Of a stretch of DNA of 64,000 nucleotides, positions 11,466-20,865 are shown one piece after another. Under the pieces are notes generated by a model. That model was not told the origin of the DNA and searched no databases. It saw only the letters and a program-made list of their open reading frames with translations. Source of the DNA: an uncultured Bradymonadales bacterium (GTDB lineage: Bacteria; Myxococcota_A; Bradymonadia; JAFGEP01); assembly GCA_964503485.1 (NCBI GenBank), contig CAZDBH010000002.1, forward strand, positions 508 through 64,507, read 5' to 3'. The position numbers and the translations under genes are program-made. Position 1 is the first letter of the stretch, and each line of letters begins with the position of its first letter.

Positions 11466-12461
11466 ATGACTTGGTCAGTACAAAAACTGCTGGAGGCTGC
11501 AGCTTGGGAGGGGAACGGAATCCGCATAGCCGGGTCTCCTCTGTGGCTCGATTCGACTGAAGCGCGGGAACTGGCCGTAATCTCCCACGCTCATCGGGAC
11601 CACGTGGCGGACCACAGCCGGATCTTGGCTACAGCCGAGACGCTCTCCCTCTTGGGCATGTCGAACCGGCCTGGAGCGATGCCGTGCTCTTACCGGCGCA
11701 GTGTGACACTCGGTGAAATGCGCCTCGAACTTCTGCCCTCAGGCCACATCTACGGCGGGGCCCAGGTGCTGCTGGATTGGAAGGGCACCCGCATTCTCTA
11801 CACCGGCGACATCTACGATGGACGGCAGCGTTTTTCGGAGCCTCTGGTGATGACGACCTGCGATTTACTCATCATCGAGGCGACGTATGGGACTCCCGCC
11901 CATCGGTTTCCAAGTCGTGAAGAGGCCGCAGACGAACTAAGGCAAGAGGTGGGGACCGCGCTCGAGGAGGGCAAGGTGCCGCTGGTCTTGGTGGAAGGTA
12001 GCTTAGGCCGCGCCCAAGAAATCTGTACCGAGTTGGTGGAGTCCGGCTTTCGAGTCTTGGGAAGTAAGTCGGTCGCCCGTTGGACCAAGGCCCTGCAAGG
12101 TTGCGGCGTACCCGTCGCAAATGTGATGCCGACGAGAGGGCGCCCTCCCCGCGGCGCAGTGATGGTCTATCCGATGCGAAGCAGGGGATTGGCGGGACTC
12201 AACCGCCTCAAGAACCTCTACAAGATCGCATGTTCGGGGCAGGTTGGGCGCGGTGTCGCCCGGCGGCTCGGTGTCGATGTGGTGGTTCCGTTCGTCGATC
12301 ACGCTGATTTCGACGGCCTAATCCGAGTCGCCGAAGCATGCCGACCTCGAGCGATTATGACTGTCTTCGGCCATCCCGAGACCTTGGCCTCCGCTCTTCG
12401 CGATCGGGGCTATCGAGCACAGCCTCTTCCAGAAGCCTCCCAGCTGTGGTTGGAGTTGTGA
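11466..12461 (+). CDS. MBL-fold metallo-hydrolase (possibly nucleic-acid processing / beta-CASP-like).
   Basis: HAHRDH (HxHxDH) metallo-beta-lactamase motif. 331 aa. Its stop overlaps the next start (ATGA). Confidence 0.6.
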   Translation: MTWSVQKLLEAAAWEGNGIRIAGSPLWLDSTEARELAVISHAHRDHVADHSRILATAETLSLLGMSNRPGAMPCSYRRSVTLGEMRLELLPSGHIYGGAQVLLDWKGTRILYTGDIYDGRQRFSEPLVMTTCDLLIIEATYGTPAHRFPSREEAADELRQEVGTALEEGKVPLVLVEGSLGRAQEICTELVESGFRVLGSKSVARWTKALQGCGVPVANVMPTRGRPPRGAVMVYPMRSRGLAGLNRLKNLYKIACSGQVGRGVARRLGVDVVVPFVDHADFDGLIRVAEACRPRAIMTVFGHPETLASALRDRGYRAQPLPEASQLWLEL

Positions 12462-13606
12462 TGACACAAAAGTGGACCGGACATCCCGAGCACTGGGTGG
12501 TTCAGCTACGCAATCTCCTCGCTGAGGCCGGCCCCGAATCCGGTATCAGTGACGTAATCGATTTGAGCATCGGTCAACCCGATGGCGACCCACCGACAGC
12601 GGCGGTCACTGCCCTGGCCGACTCCGCAAAGGGTCTTCACAGCTACGCACCGAGTGTGGGACGGCCCGACCTGCGTCAGAGCATTGCGAGTTGGTGCACG
12701 CAGACGCTCGGTGTCCAGTCAGCAGCCGAGGATGTTCTGGTCCATCACGGCGCTAAACTGGCTGTCGCACTTGCGGTTAGTGCGTTCTCGAAGTTGGGCG
12801 ACACCGTAGTTGTCCCGACCCCCGGCTATCCGACGTATTGGATGGCGGTGCAGCACGCTGAAAGAAGTCTGAGATGGCTCCCACTCGCCTTCGAGGATAG
12901 CTACCTGCCATCGAACGACTCGCTCCGCACCGCCTTTGACGGTGCGGCGATGGCCTACCTGAACTATCCCTGCAACCCGACGGGAGCCGTTGCGAGCACC
13001 GAGTTTTTCGAGCAAGTGGTAGAAATAGCGAGGGACACGGGAACAATCGTTGTCCACGATGCGGCCTACGCCGCGCTTTGCCACGAGGGCCAACCCTCCA
13101 GTCTCATGGCGGTTCATGGGGCTGCTGAGGTTGCAATCGAGATCCACAGCTTCAGCAAAATGTTTCATTTGGCCGGATACCGAGTTGCGTTCACGATCGG
13201 CAAGGGTGGGCAAGGTTCGCTTATCGAACGGCTCGCACGAACTCTCCAACTTCATGACACCGGTGCATCTCAGCCGGCTCAGCAGGCGGCATTGGCTGCC
13301 ATCGAAGATGAGCCCGACTTCGCGCTGAAACGTCGTTCTCGGGACCATTCCAAAACCCACAAAATGGCGAGCGGGCTCCGAGATCTCGGTTGTCTAGTGG
13401 CCGAGCCAAAGGGGGCTTTCTACGTTTGGTTCAAGCCGCCCGATGGAAAGCCAGGCTGGGAGCGTATTGTCGCTGAGGCCAGGGTGGCATGTGCTCCCGG
13501 ACACGCATTTGGACCCGAAGGGCAGGGTTATGTTCGTTTCTCTTGTACGGCACCCCAATCGGAGCTAGATGAAGCGTTGCTGCGCTTGGCGCAACTCTGG
13601 GTGTAA
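12461..13606 (+). CDS. Class I/II PLP-dependent aminotransferase.
   Basis: SFSKMFHLAGYRVAF (SxSK..G.R) PLP-lysine motif. NYPCNPTG motif. ATG overlaps the upstream stop (gtgATGAca). The track ORF 12338.. has a longer, unlikely N-terminus. Confidence 0.7.
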   Translation: MTQKWTGHPEHWVVQLRNLLAEAGPESGISDVIDLSIGQPDGDPPTAAVTALADSAKGLHSYAPSVGRPDLRQSIASWCTQTLGVQSAAEDVLVHHGAKLAVALAVSAFSKLGDTVVVPTPGYPTYWMAVQHAERSLRWLPLAFEDSYLPSNDSLRTAFDGAAMAYLNYPCNPTGAVASTEFFEQVVEIARDTGTIVVHDAAYAALCHEGQPSSLMAVHGAAEVAIEIHSFSKMFHLAGYRVAFTIGKGGQGSLIERLARTLQLHDTGASQPAQQAALAAIEDEPDFALKRRSRDHSKTHKMASGLRDLGCLVAEPKGAFYVWFKPPDGKPGWERIVAEARVACAPGHAFGPEGQGYVRFSCTAPQSELDEALLRLAQLWV

Positions 13607-13677
13607 ATATGAAGGTAGATTTCGCTCGCGATTGTTGATAGCTGATAGCGAGTATCTGCTCGATAGGGGAAGAATCC

Positions 13678-14259
13678 TTGTTCGGCATGTCGATGACAGA
13701 AGTGGTCCTGATTCTCGCCATAGCCCTGGTGGTGTTGGGACCCGAGAAACTGCCCAGCATGGCAAAAGCGCTGGGGCGGGCTATGCGGGAGTTCCGAAAG
13801 GCGACCCGTGAGATTCAGGCCAGCCTTCATGTCGAGGAAGTGCGGCGCAACATAGGCCTCAAAGAGAAAGAAGAAGAACGGGCGCGGAAACACAAACAGA
13901 ACCGCGCCAAAGCCGCCAAGACCGAAGAGAGCGAGTCCGCCGAGTCCGAAGAGGCCGAAGAGGCCGAGTCCGCCGAAACTGACGAAGCCGACACCGAGAT
14001 CGAGTCCGACGAATCAGCGCCGGACGAGTCCGAGCCGACCATCAAGCCCGCGACGGGTACGGTGGCAACGGGAAGCACCGTCAAGGCCACCCCGAAGGCA
14101 AAAGCGACTCCCAAAAAGAAAGAACAACCAGCAGCCGAAAAGGCCGCGGCAGCTAAGAAGGCAGGGACTTCCAAGAAGAAAGTAGCCGCCAAAAACAATG
14201 CGGAGACCGAGAAGAAGACAAAGGCTGCCGCGAAGTCCAAGTCGATCTCTAAAGAATAG
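13678..14259 (+). CDS. TatA/TatB-family Sec-independent translocase component with a long Lys/Ala/Glu-rich C-terminal tail.
   Basis: N-terminus MFGMSMTEVVLILAIALVVLGPEKLPSMAKALGRAMREFRKA is the canonical TatA/B TM + amphipathic helix. The ~130-aa K/A/E-rich tail resembles histone H1. tatC lies downstream. Confidence 0.7.
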   Translation: MFGMSMTEVVLILAIALVVLGPEKLPSMAKALGRAMREFRKATREIQASLHVEEVRRNIGLKEKEEERARKHKQNRAKAAKTEESESAESEEAEEAESAETDEADTEIESDESAPDESEPTIKPATGTVATGSTVKATPKAKATPKKKEQPAAEKAAAAKKAGTSKKKVAAKNNAETEKKTKAAAKSKSISKE

Positions 14260-14316
14260 GCGCCTACAAAGATGAAGGCCGCTTAAAAGTCGAAGGCGGG
14301 GGGTAAGTCTTCTTCT

Positions 14317-14583
14317 ATGTCGAAAGAAGACGCCCCGGCCAAGAAGAAGGCCGCATCAAAGCCGAAAGCCAAGGCGGGTGGGAAAGCGGCAGCCAAGTCG
14401 AAACCTGCCACGAAGGCAAAGCCTGGCTCAAAATCGAAGCCGAGCAAAAAAGTTCAACCCGACGATAGCGCCAAGGCCGATCCTGACCGCGAAGACGATG
14501 CAAACAAGGAAGCGCTCGACGCATATCTGGACGGATCCGATCGCCAACCTGCTGATTCTGACAACCGAGACGAGTTGAGCTGA
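14317..14583 (+). CDS. Small Lys/Ala-rich histone H1-like protein (or a decayed extension of the TatB tail).
   Basis: MSKEDAPAKKKAASKPKAKAGGKAAAKSKPATKAKPGSKSKPSKK. In the same frame as the upstream TatB, separated only by TAG and TAA. Its stop overlaps the tatC ATG (tgatATG). Confidence 0.4.
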   Translation: MSKEDAPAKKKAASKPKAKAGGKAAAKSKPATKAKPGSKSKPSKKVQPDDSAKADPDREDDANKEALDAYLDGSDRQPADSDNRDELS

Positions 14584-14584
14584 T

Positions 14585-15427
14585 ATGGACGCCCCTGAAC
14601 CCGTCATCCAGCAAAAAATGCCCTTCCTGGAGCATCTGTCAGAGCTTCGCTGGCGAATACTGTGGTGTTTGGCGTCGATTGTCGTCGGTTTCATAGTCGC
14701 TTGGACCTTCCACACCGAGATCTTCAATTGGCTCATGGTGCCCTACGAGGACGCAGTCCGCTCCCTACCGGACCCCCTCCACACGGCCATCTTGAGCACA
14801 ATACCCGAGAGTGGGGTGGCGTTCGAGCCGCAGCACGTCCCGATATTGACCTACAAATCGCTGATCGAGCCCTTCTTCGTCTATTTGAAGACGGCGCTCC
14901 TGGCGGGTCTATTTCTCGCCATCCCCGTCATCTTCTGGCAGCTCTGGCTGTTTATCTCGCCGGGCCTGTACAAGAAGGAACGTAGGCTAGCGGCGCCGTT
15001 TATTATCGGTAGCACCCTGTTCTTTCTGTTGGGCGCATCGTTTTGCCGTTACTTCGTCATGGAGCCGGCCTGCAAAGTGCTGATGTCAATCGGTGCCCGA
15101 AACACTGAACCTCTCATCATGATGCAGGACTACTTCGGGCTCATGTCCCGCTTCCTGCTCGTGTTTGGGGCCGTTTTCGAGATGCCGATTATCATCGGGT
15201 TCCTGTCCGTTCTGGGCTTTGTGACCCACAAGACCCTGATTAAGCACTGGAAAGTCGCATTGGTCTGCTCGTTCATCATGGGGGCGATGCTGACACCACC
15301 AGATCCATTCACGCAGACCGCTCTCGCGGTGCCGCTGATCCTCCTGTACGGGATCAGTATCGGCGTAGCGTACGTATTCAGCACCCGAAGGCGGAAAAAG
15401 GTCGAAGCCTCTGTCTCGCTGGATTGA
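14585..15427 (+). CDS. tatC: Sec-independent protein translocase TatC.
   Basis: LEHLSELRWRILWCL N-terminus, six TM segments, FISPGLYKKERR motif. 280 aa. Confidence 0.9.
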   Translation: MDAPEPVIQQKMPFLEHLSELRWRILWCLASIVVGFIVAWTFHTEIFNWLMVPYEDAVRSLPDPLHTAILSTIPESGVAFEPQHVPILTYKSLIEPFFVYLKTALLAGLFLAIPVIFWQLWLFISPGLYKKERRLAAPFIIGSTLFFLLGASFCRYFVMEPACKVLMSIGARNTEPLIMMQDYFGLMSRFLLVFGAVFEMPIIIGFLSVLGFVTHKTLIKHWKVALVCSFIMGAMLTPPDPFTQTALAVPLILLYGISIGVAYVFSTRRRKKVEASVSLD

Positions 15428-15448
15428 CGCCGCCCGAGGCGATTCACC

Positions 15449-17977
15449 CTAGAACGTCCGATCGATCCGATCCAAGGTCCTCATATCCAGCTGTTCCGGG
15501 GTCAGGGCGTACTCCACAGGCTCCGTTCCTTCACGAAATGGAAGCCAAACACCGGGCGCACCCTCCTGGGCGAGCAGGCCGGTTTCGACATCGACTCGAA
15601 TCAGGTGAATGCCAGGTGGCAGCGGGTCTGTAAGGGAACGCTGCTCTAGGCCATCGAGAGCCGTCTGCATGAAGTCGAGCCAGATTGGTAGGGCGACCTC
15701 GGAGCCGTGTTCTCCTCTTCCCAGTGGGCGCGTGTTCCGATCGGTCCCGATCCACACCGTGGATACGATCCGCTCCGTGAATCCCACGAACCAGGCATCA
15801 AAGGCGTTGGTCGTCCCGGTCTTTCCCGCTGCTGGGTGGCCCAGCTCTCGGGCCGCGTGGCCCGTTCCCATCCGCACTACGTCGCGCAGCACAAACGTTA
15901 TCAGGTAAGCTGTCGTCGAATTGATGACGGGGTAGTCGATTTCTGACAGATCCCGGTAGGCCCGGTGCAACATCGCAGACACCTCCCCGGAGCTGTCGAA
16001 GAAGGCGCCCCGGTCGGCGATGAGTTCATCTCTGCCACTCACAACGGTGACGACACTGGTCGGACGATTACGGTACCCGCGGTTTGCGAACACTCCATAG
16101 GTCGTTGTGACGTCGATTGGGTGAACACAGGAAGCGCCCAGCGAAAGTGAATCGACTGATTCCATCGGCGTGGTAATGCCGAGTGCCCGCGCCCGCTCAA
16201 TGACATTGTAGACGCCAACCCGTTTGTATACCCGGATTGTGGGCAAGTTCCTGGAACGTATGAGCGCGTCTCGCAGCAGCAAATCGCCGTGAAAGTTGCC
16301 ATCAGCGTTGCGAGGCCGCCAAATCTCGATTCCGCCCTGGAAGAGCTGCATCGGCACATCGATGAGCGGCGTCGCCAACGTCATACCCAGGTCTAGCGCT
16401 CGGCTGAAGACGACCGGCTTGAAGGTACTTCCAGGCTGTCGGCATGCCCGCGTGACACGATTGAATTGGCTTCGGTCGTAGTCCGTTCCCGCGGCCATCG
16501 CCACGAGATAGCCCGTGTCCAGATCCATTGCCGATAGGGACCCTTCCAACCGTGGAACCTGAGTAAGAGTGGCGCCGGCAAGGTCATGAGCAAGCACCAC
16601 GACATCGCCGGGCGATACGACTCCGATAGCCGACTCCACCTCGACAGCGTTTTCCTCGGACTCCACATCGAAGGGCGACGCCCATCGCCAAGCGTCCAAC
16701 CCCAGTTCGATCTGGGCACCGTCACTCCACACCAGAATGCTGTTTTCATCCACGACCTCGACAAGCCCCGGGCGACGGGTCTGATGGTCTGGAAAGTGGC
16801 GCTCCGTCAGTTCGTCGAAGGTCTCTCGGCTGATGGACAGGTCCGAGCGGAGCGGGCCCCTATAGCCCTGCCGATGGTCTATCTCCTCGACGCCGCGAAG
16901 AAGGGCTGCCTCGGCTGTTCGCTGTTGGGTCAGGGAGGTCGCAGCAACCACCCGTAGGCCTCCATGTCGCCAGGCCTCTGGCCCGAACTCGTCGCGAACG
17001 TCGAGCCGAATCTGATCGGTGAGGAAGGGCAGAAGCCGCTCCGGAACCTCGCCCCGCTCTCTCAATACGAGGGGTTCCAAGGCCGCCAGTCGAGCCGCCT
17101 CGGTGCTCGCGAAGCCGAGAGCAGACATCCGCTCGAGCACCATATTCCGTCGTGTAAGGGCGCGTTCCGGGTAGTCGTACGGTTCAAAAGTGGAGGGAGC
17201 GGAGGCGATTCCCGCCAGTACTGCCACCTCAGCGAGAGACAATCCGTCCAGAGTTTGATCGAAGTACATCAGAGCAGCGGCCCGAACGCCGTAGGCCCCG
17301 GCGCCAAGGTAGATTCGGTTGAGGTAGGCCTCGAGTATATCTTCCTTGCTGTAGTTTGCTTCGATGCGCCGAGAAAGCAGGAGTTCGATGAGCTTGCGCT
17401 CGTAGGTTCGCGATTGCCCGACAAAAATCTTGGCTAGTTGCTGGGTGATCGTCGATCCGCCCTGCTGGATCTGGCCGCTTTGAAAGTTCGCGATTGCAGC
17501 TCGCGCAATGGCCCGAAGGTCCACCCCGCCGTGGAGAAAGAAGTCATCATCCTCAGCCGCAAGAAAGGCTTCGACCAGAAGTGGGGGCAACTCATTGTAG
17601 TTGGCCCAAGGAGCGCCGCCCCGCACGAGACCGCCGATCGGCGTCCCGTCAACCGTGTAGACTTGAGTTGCACTGCCCCGGGGTGGCTCCAAGATCAGCG
17701 GGCTCGCTTGGACGCTGTCGAGCATCGCTCCGTAGTAGACTGCCAGTGCGAGGCACGAGGGGAGTGGAAGCCAAATCGCGACGACGAACAACGCGCGCAG
17801 CAGAGTCCAGAGGAAGAACTTGCTTTGAGTGTTGCCGAGTATCAGCACGATACAGTCTATTCTGCTCCGTCTGGTGAGTCGTCGTCGCAGCCGTTGGGTG
17901 TGTCTCCCGGTGCATGAGCCGATTCGGGAGGGGTCTCGCCCAGGTCGCCCGGTGGCGACGAGAATGGCTCGTGACAC
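15449..17977 (-). CDS. Class A penicillin-binding protein (PBP1A-type bifunctional glycosyltransferase/transpeptidase).
   Basis: GT51 motifs (EDDDFFLHGGVDLRAI, QGGSTITQQLAKI), an N-terminal TM anchor, and a transpeptidase domain with STFKP-like and KTGT motifs (GSTFKPVVF, AGKTGTTNA). Confidence 0.85.
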   Translation of the reverse strand: MSRAILVATGRPGRDPSRIGSCTGRHTQRLRRRLTRRSRIDCIVLILGNTQSKFFLWTLLRALFVVAIWLPLPSCLALAVYYGAMLDSVQASPLILEPPRGSATQVYTVDGTPIGGLVRGGAPWANYNELPPLLVEAFLAAEDDDFFLHGGVDLRAIARAAIANFQSGQIQQGGSTITQQLAKIFVGQSRTYERKLIELLLSRRIEANYSKEDILEAYLNRIYLGAGAYGVRAAALMYFDQTLDGLSLAEVAVLAGIASAPSTFEPYDYPERALTRRNMVLERMSALGFASTEAARLAALEPLVLRERGEVPERLLPFLTDQIRLDVRDEFGPEAWRHGGLRVVAATSLTQQRTAEAALLRGVEEIDHRQGYRGPLRSDLSISRETFDELTERHFPDHQTRRPGLVEVVDENSILVWSDGAQIELGLDAWRWASPFDVESEENAVEVESAIGVVSPGDVVVLAHDLAGATLTQVPRLEGSLSAMDLDTGYLVAMAAGTDYDRSQFNRVTRACRQPGSTFKPVVFSRALDLGMTLATPLIDVPMQLFQGGIEIWRPRNADGNFHGDLLLRDALIRSRNLPTIRVYKRVGVYNVIERARALGITTPMESVDSLSLGASCVHPIDVTTTYGVFANRGYRNRPTSVVTVVSGRDELIADRGAFFDSSGEVSAMLHRAYRDLSEIDYPVINSTTAYLITFVLRDVVRMGTGHAARELGHPAAGKTGTTNAFDAWFVGFTERIVSTVWIGTDRNTRPLGRGEHGSEVALPIWLDFMQTALDGLEQRSLTDPLPPGIHLIRVDVETGLLAQEGAPGVWLPFREGTEPVEYALTPEQLDMRTLDRIDRTF

Positions 17978-18144
17978 TCTCTAACCTGACTGCCCCCACA
18001 AGCTACCGTGAGTGTCAGGACCATGAGCGCACCTAAACAGAACGCGTTGGGCAAGCTGAAGTTCATGTCTCGTAGGCTGCCCTGCGAGCGAGGGATTGTC
18101 AAAGGTGACGAGCGGTCGCGTCGGCAACGTTACCTGGCTGACAG

Positions 18145-20724
18145 CTACTCTCGACAGGTCCCCAGACCGGGGACAGTGCCCTCGACACAACTGAGCTGGA
18201 GTCGATCCCGCATCAGGATATCCTCGGCACCGCTGGCGGCGTTTACCAGTCGCAGAAGAGCCTCTCCGGTGCCGGCACCCGGAAGCTCGGGCACATCGAT
18301 AATCCAGTCCAACAGGTAGGGCGCTTCGTCAGCGTCAATCTCGAAGAGCATTTCGGTAACGTCCCCGTCGACAAAGTTCACGCTTGCGCCTTCGTACAGA
18401 AATGGGTCGCTCGGGTCGTCATTACTTGCTCGGACAACAACCTCTCGGGGGCCCGACCGGGTAGTGAACGTAGCGCCCGTCACCGGATACCTCTGACCGA
18501 CATCGAACCCCAATCCACCAGCTACCCTGGCGACGTTGACATCGCGGTGACTGAGGTTCGTGAATCGGTACTGAATTGAGTCGCCCACAGGAGTGCCAGG
18601 CCGCAGAATCATCAGTTCGCGATCGGAGCCGTCCGGATTGTCCCAGAAGACGACAGTGATGACGTCATCCGGAGCGATGAACTCGACACTCAACGTCGTT
18701 GAGTCGCCACCATCGTCGTCCCATGAGAGAGTTAGGCTGATGTTGCTACTGGAGCTGTCAGCCGGCACATTCTTGATTCGCCAATCGCTAGTCGTCTCGC
18801 CAAACCCTAGGTCATCCTGGTCTCCACTCGTGGTTCCCAACCAGTCGACATCGATGGGTCCGGTGCTGGCCGATGCATGAACGACCTGCAGGGCCGCGTC
18901 GCGGTCTCCCAAGGCGGGCGCGACCACCGGTACCGGGACTATCTCTGCCGGGTTGCCGTCTCCCTCTGGGTCGACATCGCCGATAAGCAAGAGTTCGACA
19001 TAGTCGTCGACGTTGAGGTCTTCGCCACCAACGGAGCTGAACACCGTCCAAGGCGTCGTGTCGGCCAGCCTACCTTTGGCGTAGAAACCCAGGCCCAGGT
19101 CAGTGTCTGCGGTAGCAGCTACAGTCAGCTCGGCGGCGCTGTCGCCCGACTCCAACTCGCCGAGCACGAGTTCGAAGAGCGCGCCAAACACATCTATCGG
19201 CTCATCGGTCAGGTTGTAGATGGTCACCCCGACTTGGTCCGAGGCAGGCGCTTGGCTATCTGTGGTCCAGTCTTCGACAACTGCAGTTTCGGCGCTGTGA
19301 AGCGCGATCACTGAATAGGCTATGCCCTCGCTCAGAGCCAAGTCATCAATCGTGGTGTGGCGTAGCTCCGTACCGTCGACCTCCCACAGATCGACAAGGC
19401 TGAGACTCGCATCTACGACAGCGTACTCGGACGCCTTCCCAACTTCGGTGGCCCCTACTTCAGCCCCGAGTAACGCGTCACCAGGGAGCCAGGGACAGTT
19501 GGCTAGGGCAGCATCGCTGCCTTCGGTTGGGTCGCAGTACTGCACACAGATGCCGTCACTATCCGCCGGCTCGCAGAAGTGGCCCTCGGAGCAGACGGTT
19601 ATCGGATCCGCAGCGGTGTCGCAAACCTCACTAGTCCCCACGAAATCTCCGTTAAAGTCGGCGAAATCTTGGCAATACCAGACGCTTGCAGATTCACCGG
19701 CCCCGTCGGTAAGCAGCGTACACAACGAGCTGTCTTGGCCGCACTCGCCGACTGTGAACGCTGAGCACGACTCGCCACAGATGCCGGGCCAGTTGTCACC
19801 AGCTCCCTGAAAGACCGGTATACAGACATCCGCACCGCAACCGAATTCTGGGTTGTCGGGATCGAAGGCGCAGGGTGCGACGCAGCTACCGTCGAAGCAG
19901 CGCAGACCGGGCTCGCACGGCAAACCCTCCTCAGTGGGATCGATGGGCAGTTCACATTCGTCGCTCTCAGCTCCCAACCCAGCCTCGAGACAGAGGTTGA
20001 CGTCGACAGACATGGCGACGCACGTTCGGGTACCGCTGGCGCACGAAAAGGCTGGATCGTCCCCACAGCTACCGGGGTCAAAACAAACGTCGTCGCAATC
20101 CGACCGACGACAAATGCCGTCCAACCCACCAACGGGCCGATCGGCGGGGACGCACCAACTCGCCGAGGGGCAAGTCGGGTCGTCGACCGTATCGCAGCGG
20201 CGACTACAGATGCCGTTCGATACGCTGCAAATGAACTCGTCACTGTCGAAGTCACCACTGTCGCAGGGTTGGTCGAGTGCCGCACAGGTGAAATTCGGTA
20301 CGCAGCAGCCATCGAAGCAATTGGTATCGCTACTGCAGCTGCCGCTTGTACCGCATACAGCCAATTCGCCGCACTCCGTGTCTGCGTCCGCCACGGGCCC
20401 GCCGTCCGTTGAATCAGCGGTTTGGTCCACAGTTCGGTCGGTCGAGTCTGCGAGGTTGGCATCAGTTACGTCGCCGTCGACCGTGTCACTGAGGTCGTCT
20501 TCATCGGGCCCTTCCGTCGAGTCGTTAGAGCTGTCTGGATTTGTGATTGGATTGTCGCTGCAGCCCCAACACAGCGTACCTAAAACCAGAAGCAAGCTGC
20601 CAAACGCTCGTGTGAACATACCCTGACCCTCCACCGCCCAGTGGCAACACAGCTCCCAGACCGGAGCACCCTTTGCTGGACAGCCACTCGTTGTGCCTGA
20701 TTTGTAGACGAGGCTGAAGCTCAA
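18145..20724 (-). CDS. Secreted Cys-rich repeat protein with C-terminal DUF4397-like repeats (probable lipoprotein).
   Basis: Signal peptide MFTRAFGSLLLVLGTLCWGCSD; the start is probably the internal Met at ~20617. Many CxxxC / Cys-rich modules similar to the other Cys-rich proteins in this window. The C-terminal half has repeated VVHAS..IDVDW-like segments reminiscent of DUF4397. Confidence 0.5.
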   Translation of the reverse strand: MSFSLVYKSGTTSGCPAKGAPVWELCCHWAVEGQGMFTRAFGSLLLVLGTLCWGCSDNPITNPDSSNDSTEGPDEDDLSDTVDGDVTDANLADSTDRTVDQTADSTDGGPVADADTECGELAVCGTSGSCSSDTNCFDGCCVPNFTCAALDQPCDSGDFDSDEFICSVSNGICSRRCDTVDDPTCPSASWCVPADRPVGGLDGICRRSDCDDVCFDPGSCGDDPAFSCASGTRTCVAMSVDVNLCLEAGLGAESDECELPIDPTEEGLPCEPGLRCFDGSCVAPCAFDPDNPEFGCGADVCIPVFQGAGDNWPGICGESCSAFTVGECGQDSSLCTLLTDGAGESASVWYCQDFADFNGDFVGTSEVCDTAADPITVCSEGHFCEPADSDGICVQYCDPTEGSDAALANCPWLPGDALLGAEVGATEVGKASEYAVVDASLSLVDLWEVDGTELRHTTIDDLALSEGIAYSVIALHSAETAVVEDWTTDSQAPASDQVGVTIYNLTDEPIDVFGALFELVLGELESGDSAAELTVAATADTDLGLGFYAKGRLADTTPWTVFSSVGGEDLNVDDYVELLLIGDVDPEGDGNPAEIVPVPVVAPALGDRDAALQVVHASASTGPIDVDWLGTTSGDQDDLGFGETTSDWRIKNVPADSSSSNISLTLSWDDDGGDSTTLSVEFIAPDDVITVVFWDNPDGSDRELMILRPGTPVGDSIQYRFTNLSHRDVNVARVAGGLGFDVGQRYPVTGATFTTRSGPREVVVRASNDDPSDPFLYEGASVNFVDGDVTEMLFEIDADEAPYLLDWIIDVPELPGAGTGEALLRLVNAASGAEDILMRDRLQLSCVEGTVPGLGTCRE

Positions 20725-20835
20725 ATCAAGTTTAGTAGCGGAAAGAGACGGCGTCGCCAGCCCTAATTGCGCTGCAGCGTAGAAGCGCGATGCACTGGCT
20801 GTTTCGAGAAGGTGTCGGTCGAAGGGAATGATCGT

Positions 20836-20847
20836 CCCCGCGCGGGG
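20836..20847 (-). terminator. Perfect GC palindrome ccccgcgcgggg 20 nt downstream of the 600-aa gene stop. Candidate intrinsic terminator, weak U-tract.
   Basis: Seen directly in the sequence. Followed on the minus strand by ACGAUCAUUCCCUUC. Confidence 0.25.
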
Positions 20848-20865
20848 CGGGGAACTCAGTCAGAC

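Noticed and set aside
13860-14240. Short tandem nucleotide repeats (gagtccgcc / gaagaggcc) in the TatA/B tail
   Set aside because: Coding low-complexity (ESAESEEAEEAESAE and K/A-rich) rather than a structural DNA repeat. Subsumed under the TatB-tail finding.
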